Below are positions 58,807-64,000 of a DNA stretch of 64,000 nucleotides, piece after piece. Source of the stretch: Cyanobacteria bacterium auto_48_18. Its GTDB lineage: Bacteria; Cyanobacteriota; Vampirovibrionia; Obscuribacterales; Obscuribacteraceae. The stretch's first letter is position 1, and every line of letters starts with the position of its first letter. The DNA lies in contig JAVHQC010000029.1 of the NCBI GenBank assembly GCA_036170915.1, forward strand, positions 160,001 through 224,000. The letters run 5' to 3'. A program made the translations under genes and the position numbers. The notes under the pieces are model-generated. The model saw only the letters and a program-made list of their open reading frames with translations, did not search any database and was not told where the DNA came from.

Positions 58807-59188
58807 AGATTTTTATGCAGGTGCTCAGACAATGAAGGCACCACAAGCAATACCAAGACGACAACAACCCAAATACCCTCTAGTATTCCAACTTTGTTTT
58901 CTTAGCGGTCTTACTGTTGCGACAAGAACAAAAAAAGGCAATCGTCGAACATTGCGGCTGCCTTGAGCAACGCGTGCCGGCACGCATCTTATGGGCGCTG
59001 GAGGACCAACAATGTCCTAAATACTAATCTTACGCACCTTTCGGCGAATGCTGCGTAAGAAAGAGCGCCTCAACAAAGCTGACGCTGAAAGCTGAAGTCT
59101 TTGACTTGACGCGGAAGAAATACAGCAAGAGCCAGATCAGCGTCGCAATTAATTTGACCGCGATCATCAACTAGCGGAGTATTTAAAT

Positions 59189-59449
59189 ATGACAATAGAA
59201 ATCAATGATGAGTTTCCAGTTTCGCCGGCAAGCAAAAAGAAATCTCCGCCAGTTTTTGCCTGGATTTTGGTTATCTCAATGTTAGCGATGTTGGTGTGGC
59301 TCTTTGCGGTAAATCAGACAGTCGTTCCGTCACGCGAAAAAATACCTCAGCAGGAAAGAGTAATGGATGATAGGCCCAAGCAGAGGGGTCCAAAAAAAGA
59401 GAGCCTGATTCCGATATTGTCTCCTCACCTTGGCAGTGGCCAGCACTAA
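59189..59449 (+). CDS. small single-TM protein
   Basis: GGAG RBS and one TM segment. Confidence 0.55.
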   Translation: MTIEINDEFPVSPASKKKSPPVFAWILVISMLAMLVWLFAVNQTVVPSREKIPQQERVMDDRPKQRGPKKESLIPILSPHLGSGQH

Positions 59450-59667
59450 ACAGTGCCATCAGAGATATATGCTCAGGGGCAGTTCTTTCTGATCAAAAAA
59501 TATGCAGGCATTAGGAAGAGTACCTTATTCGGCTTCGGCATGTTTTTTATCGGTATTATGATGCTCTCTATATCAAGTCTTTCTGTAATTTAGACGAAAA
59601 CTAGCTGGAGCCATGGACAATACGCACGGTCAGCTAAATCCAACAGTTGAAGTTAAAGCTTATTTCT

Positions 59668-59979
59668 TCAAAGAATTTCTTGGTTGGACTTTTTTCTCAA
59701 ACGTTTAATGACCTTGCTACCAAGCAGCACAAGTAGAAAAACTACTAACAAGCAAATCCAAATGCAGGCGATGAGAAATACTGTACTGCGCTCAGGAGGC
59801 CATGGCGGCCAGTTCTGTAAATCATAGATAGGGTACAGAGGATAACCACCCGAGCGTAAGTTGGACCCCTTGCGAAATTCAAGTTCGTAGTAGATAAAGG
59901 CTGAAGATACCAGGGCAACAATAAGTAGTGCTATCTTAAATGCTGTCATTTTGCCTGGTGAACTTGCTAAAAGCTTCAT
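59668..59979 (-). CDS. small two-TM protein
   Basis: Two hydrophobic segments and a basic tail. Confidence 0.55.
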   Translation of the reverse strand: MKLLASSPGKMTAFKIALLIVALVSSAFIYYELEFRKGSNLRSGGYPLYPIYDLQNWPPWPPERSTVFLIACIWICLLVVFLLVLLGSKVIKRLRKKSNQEIL

Positions 59980-60088
59980 CGTATTCTCTACTGCTGGGAT
60001 GCCCTAGCTGTGCCACATCTGGCCTCATGATCCCTCCCTGTGAATTGGCGAATTATTTTTCCAAAGCTTGGCGAATAATGATTAGAGG

Positions 60089-60556
60089 TCATTGAGCGAG
60101 TTTTGCATGTGGGTCATGGCCAATATGTACGAATACAGCTGCCTTGCCTTTCTCCTTGCAAACGCGAACAACTAATCCTCTTTCTACAGCTAAGTTATTT
60201 GGCGGAACATTCATCGAAATTCCCTTTAGAAGATTTAGAACGATCGCCTCCTTCTCGGAAGTACTCGTTGATAGACAATTTTTATAGTCTAAAAATTCAC
60301 CGGTAGTCGTGACCTTGAATTTCCAAACCACATTGGTGTCTTCCAACTGGTCTGAAAGTTCAGAATAAAAAGATGAATTTTTAATTTTACTTACCAGGTC
60401 CTGCATCCAAGGTTCTAAATCGCGTACCTTAGCCGCGGTTACAGCATCGTACAGCTTGACATTAGCTTGGCACACTGGAGTCTGTAGAAAAGAACAAGCA
60501 CCAACTAAAAGTATAAGCAACATTACTCGATAGCTATTCAACCGCATACCTCGCAT
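60089..60556 (-). CDS. exported protein, TonB/TolA C-terminal-like
   Basis: Signal peptide; WM..L..KIK..VV..F.V...G pattern (weak). Confidence 0.5.
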   Translation of the reverse strand: MRGMRLNSYRVMLLILLVGACSFLQTPVCQANVKLYDAVTAAKVRDLEPWMQDLVSKIKNSSFYSELSDQLEDTNVVWKFKVTTTGEFLDYKNCLSTSTSEKEAIVLNLLKGISMNVPPNNLAVERGLVVRVCKEKGKAAVFVHIGHDPHAKLAQ

Positions 60557-60592
60557 TCTCTTTACATTGTATCAAATGAAATAGTGCCAAAT

Positions 60593-61186
60593 TCAAACCT
60601 CAACAAACCTATCTACCAGACGTCGATAAAGCGGCAGCAGCTCCTGCAGAAGCGCCTCCCTCTCATAGATAAGCGCTTCTGGCGTATGCCTTCCTGTAAT
60701 CTTCTCCCTCGACTTAATGCGCTCCATAGCGGTAGCTGGCGAGCACTGAATATAGTGCATATGAGTAGAATAATTTCTTCTTTTAACTGCACCAATTAAA
60801 TCCACATGCATGCGATTGGTAGCACTGTGATCAAATAAAATATTGCGACTGCTATCAACTAATGCTTGAAGCAAGTGATAGCCAATGGCGCGGGCCGGCA
60901 ATTCCCATGAAGCAAATGCCGGCGCAGAACCTCGCTCCCTCAAATCTGCTCTGTAGCCAGACAACTGCTCCATCACGCTATCAAATTGCACGCATGAATA
61001 GCCTTGATTTTGCAACAGCCACTTCTCTACGTAAGTGGTTTTACCCGCGCCAGGTATGCCGCACATGTGAACAAACTGTGGCACCTCAGCAGGCGAGGAA
61101 TTACGCAGAGCAGCATTTACTAGCGCTGACGCTTCTTCTTCAAGATCAGTACGTATGGGCTCGTAGTCAATCAGTTTTTCGATCAC
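60593..61186 (-). CDS. zeta-toxin-family / AAA_33 P-loop kinase
   Basis: MCGIPGAGKTT, NILFD, AM.RI..RE...GRH.PE. Confidence 0.8.
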   Translation of the reverse strand: MIEKLIDYEPIRTDLEEEASALVNAALRNSSPAEVPQFVHMCGIPGAGKTTYVEKWLLQNQGYSCVQFDSVMEQLSGYRADLRERGSAPAFASWELPARAIGYHLLQALVDSSRNILFDHSATNRMHVDLIGAVKRRNYSTHMHYIQCSPATAMERIKSREKITGRHTPEALIYEREALLQELLPLYRRLVDRFVEV

Positions 61187-61195
61187 AGAGAATCT

Positions 61196-61852
61196 TTATT
61201 TAGCAGCAACTAACTCTTTCAAACTTTCCGGATCGGCATTCCACAAACGCAGATTGAAATTGTCGTCTGCACTCTCAAGCACACAGATGCGGCCAGTAGC
61301 CACTTTAAAAGAGTGATCTAAAACGCGCTTATTAAACTCACCAGCAATCAGATGCAAAAAATATCTCAATTTACCGTTGCTGCTTACGATCAAAATGTTG
61401 TCGTCACTCTGGTGACCAAATTTGTCGGTCAATTCTTGAACGAAACTCTCTACTTCTTTTTGCACAGTGGTCTCATCTGAAGACCACCCACCATCGTGGG
61501 GCCAGGAACTGCTTTCCACCCAACCCTTGAGTGCACCCTCGCCAAACTGTTCTACGATCTCTGCGTCGGTTTGCCCACACCAGTGACCATAATCAATTTC
61601 TTTCAAACGCACATCTTCCTGAATTGGAAGATCGATGCCGGCAACCTTGAGAGCAATTTCAGCAAACTGTTTTGTACGCAACAGTGGTGCGCAATATACA
61701 GCTGCCAAATTCGTATCTTTGAGAGCGTGACCAGCACGCTCGGCTTGAGCAATGCCGCCAGCTACCAGAGGCAAATCATTATTGCCACCAACCCAGAACA
61801 CCTTTTCACCAGCACTAAAAGTATTGCCGTGCCTGGCCAATATCAATCGCAT
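61196..61852 (-). CDS. histidine phosphatase (phosphoglycerate mutase superfamily)
   Basis: LILARHG, PL.R..Q.A, L.EIDYG.W.G. The usual second His is replaced (VSSNG). Confidence 0.88.
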   Translation of the reverse strand: MRLILARHGNTFSAGEKVFWVGGNNDLPLVAGGIAQAERAGHALKDTNLAAVYCAPLLRTKQFAEIALKVAGIDLPIQEDVRLKEIDYGHWCGQTDAEIVEQFGEGALKGWVESSSWPHDGGWSSDETTVQKEVESFVQELTDKFGHQSDDNILIVSSNGKLRYFLHLIAGEFNKRVLDHSFKVATGRICVLESADDNFNLRLWNADPESLKELVAAK

Positions 61853-61867
61853 GACGAACTCCTGTAC

Positions 61868-62662
61868 TCAACTAAACAGTTCACCCTGAGCAGCAATAAT
61901 TTTTTCTACTCTTCCAATATCATCAGGGCTATCCACCGACCAGTGTGTTCTGCCCTGATAGTCTACTAACACAACCCTGATGGGCACACCGTTTTCCAGG
62001 GCGCGTAACTGTTCAAGACCTTCCACTTTTTCTAACATTCCCGGCGGTAACGAAAGGTATTTTTTAAGAGCCGAGTAGCGATAACCATAAAGTCCGATGT
62101 GGCGATAAACAGGAACATCAGCGTCGGGGTCAGAAATAACATCTGGTCGAATAAATGGAATAGGAGACTTTGAAAAATAAAGGGCGTTGAATTTTTTATC
62201 GAAAACTACCAGAGTACCACCCACGATACCATGCGCTTTTTGACCGATCAGATCTTGAAATTGCGGCATAGTCATTTTACTGGCGGGGGTAGCAATCTGC
62301 ACAGACGAATCGGCGCGCATAGCGTCGATAATATTATCTAAAATCCATGGGGGCGTTAGAACCGCATCACCCTGCAAATTGAGCACCACATCAGGCGTAG
62401 CTTTTATGTTGGTAAGCGCCTCAAAAACACGTTCTGTGCCATTGGCACACTGCTCTCGAGTTCGCACAACCTCAGCGCCAAACTTTTTAGCGGCCGCTTC
62501 GATGCGAAGGTCATCAGTAGTAATAATTACCTGATCGGCAGATGCCTGCTTAGCGATGCGCCAGGTGCGCTCAATCATGGCCATACCACTGATTGGTGCC
62601 AGCGGCTTACCTGGAAATCTGGACGAGCCGTAACGCGCCGGTATGACAATTATTGACTTCAC
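61868..62662 (-). CDS. kdsB: 3-deoxy-manno-octulosonate cytidylyltransferase
   Basis: IPARYGSSRFPGKPL, NGTER, NLQGD, ALYFS, HIGLYGY, E.LEQLRALE, VDSPDD. Confidence 0.95.
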   Translation of the reverse strand: MKSIIVIPARYGSSRFPGKPLAPISGMAMIERTWRIAKQASADQVIITTDDLRIEAAAKKFGAEVVRTREQCANGTERVFEALTNIKATPDVVLNLQGDAVLTPPWILDNIIDAMRADSSVQIATPASKMTMPQFQDLIGQKAHGIVGGTLVVFDKKFNALYFSKSPIPFIRPDVISDPDADVPVYRHIGLYGYRYSALKKYLSLPPGMLEKVEGLEQLRALENGVPIRVVLVDYQGRTHWSVDSPDDIGRVEKIIAAQGELFS

Positions 62663-62703
62663 CAGATGCCCCGCAAGAATTCCGACCTAAATAGTAACAT
62701 TTT

Positions 62704-64000
62704 CTATCTTTGGTATTGCGAGTACCAGCTCGGCTCCTGCTCCAGAACACCCTTTTCGGTGGAATAACTGACTTTGCCGCCTATGTCTGTAAGATTCTCT
62801 GCCAGTTGATACTGTCGACTGCCGCTCAGCTTGGCTGCTAGGGCCGGCTCCGGATGCTCAAGCATGTCAGCAAAATAGGCACGCAACTTATTTCGCTCGT
62901 CAACTTCACTATTGTGCGTGGAGCTTAGAAAGAAGCGCGCAGCAGGCATAAGCAAGAAGAAAAGCGAAAAGGGCAAAACAAAATGCCAGTTGGTGAAGCC
63001 CTCAGGCAAAATACTTCCTGTCTGACCACCAAAAAAATCAGGGTGGAGAAAATCAAAATAGGAAACCAACAGCATCAATGTAGAGACAAACCACACTGGT
63101 GCAATATATGTGAACGGTAGCTCTGAAAATTTGCGATTGCGCTCGATAAGAAACGGCGGCATTTTGAAATCGGCACCCTTGCTTTTCATCAATTCAGGAA
63201 AAAGATAAACCAGATTGCCGTCTTCCATTACCTGAGGCTGGCCGCCAAAGCGCACGAGAACCGGAAGCATGGCATCTTCGTCATCAGGCGGGCAGCAGAG
63301 ATAGGGTGCCAGCTGTTCGACTACTACGGCACCTTTATTCTGGCGAATCACTTCGGCTACAACCTGCCACTGCAATTCTTCAAAACGATGGTTAGCGTTG
63401 CCGTCGCCGAAGACAAAAGAAAAACAGACATTAAAAAATGATGCTTTGTTGTACTTTGGCTCTTCGTCTTCAGGCTTAAGCAAATCCCAAATATTTTCAA
63501 TTTTGCGATTACGATGTCGATAGCGCCATGAAAAAATATTGGCTAAATTACCGAGGCCAACGGCGTCCGCCAGGCTCATCCATTTTTCTTTCGGCTCATT
63601 CTCCTGAAACTGCTGACCATATTGTCTTTCCAGCCAGACACCACCAAAAATCAAGAGCACGTAATATCCAAGCAAACGTGGATGGCCTGGTTTAAACTCC
63701 CAAATTGCATAGAGCAAAGTAATACCAAACAACACTCGTGCCAGAAAAAATGCTACATCAAGAGCCACACGCTCCATCTGTGCCTGGCGCAGGGCCTTGT
63801 CTTTAGCGGCATAGATGTCGGCCAGGTTGTCGGCAAATTTGAAGCAAATCTCACCGCCTTCGGTGACAAACATGTGGCTGCTTGTATCACAAGCAATTTG
63901 CTGCAAAGCAAAATTGACTTGCGGCAAGGGTAAGCCTGTCTTCATGGCAATATCGGTGGCGGTTACCTGCCCACCCAGGTCTTCAACCGCCAGAATCACC
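62704..64000 (-). CDS. cyanobacterial/plastid At5g03900-like membrane protein (5' end outside the window)
   Basis: AVE.LG..VT..D.A..GL, FSFVFGDG, IRQN.G.V..EQLAPYL, MLPVL.RF.G.P, Y.FPEL. Confidence 0.75.
   Translation of the reverse strand, partial: VILAVEDLGGQVTATDIAMKTGLPLPQVNFALQQIACDTSSHMFVTEGGEICFKFADNLADIYAAKDKALRQAQMERVALDVAFFLARVLFGITLLYAIWEFKPGHPRLLGYYVLLIFGGVWLERQYGQQFQENEPKEKWMSLADAVGLGNLANIFSWRYRHRNRKIENIWDLLKPEDEEPKYNKASFFNVCFSFVFGDGNANHRFEELQWQVVAEVIRQNKGAVVVEQLAPYLCCPPDDEDAMLPVLVRFGGQPQVMEDGNLVYLFPELMKSKGADFKMPPFLIERNRKFSELPFTYIAPVWFVSTLMLLVSYFDFLHPDFFGGQTGSILPEGFTNWHFVLPFSLFFLLMPAARFFLSSTHNSEVDERNKLRAYFADMLEHPEPALAAKLSGSRQYQLAENLTDIGGKVSYSTEKGVLEQEPSWYSQYQR

Noticed and set aside
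58820..59180. ncRNA or pseudogene (GCGTGCCGGCACGC palindrome, CTTACGCA..TGCGTAAG hairpin, GGAGG before ATG-TCC-TAA)
   Set aside because: No recognisable RNA family and no coherent reading frame; the evidence is too weak without covariance analysis.
778..63933. Numerous short ORFs in the supplied track nested in or antisense to longer genes
   Set aside because: They are shadow ORFs of well-supported genes, with no motifs or RBS support.

Overview
This is a 64-kb chromosomal window from a bacterium with cyanobacteria-type housekeeping genes (NblS/Hik33-like kinase, coaD-cdv3 synteny, PBP-A-like protein, At5g03900-like protein). It has no photosynthesis genes and no HIP1 enrichment, which best fits Candidatus Melainabacteria/Vampirovibrionia (Obscuribacterales-like); this assignment is an inference. 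All family calls are from motif recognition by eye, not database searches. The left part holds a HelY-like helicase, tRNA-Pro(GGG) with an accessory gene run, a SigB/SigF-type sigma factor, nblS, coaD, citrate synthase and an orphan PglX-like methyltransferase. Next come a kinase/regulator-flanked cluster of EF-hand-like genes sharing a duplicated promoter, an adhE-STAS-ABC-MlaC-sfsA run and TPR proteins. The right end holds a kdsB/phosphatase/zeta-kinase operon. The most interesting part is a ~17-kb potassium locus (35.36-52.37 kb). It encodes kdpFABCDE with an extra upstream peptide, a second truncated KdpD/KdpE pair, a KimA/KUP-like transporter, a porin, and a free-standing KimA cytosolic (c-di-AMP-binding-type) domain. 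Four intergenic regions in this locus carry the same helically phased TCTTGA-N5 direct repeat.
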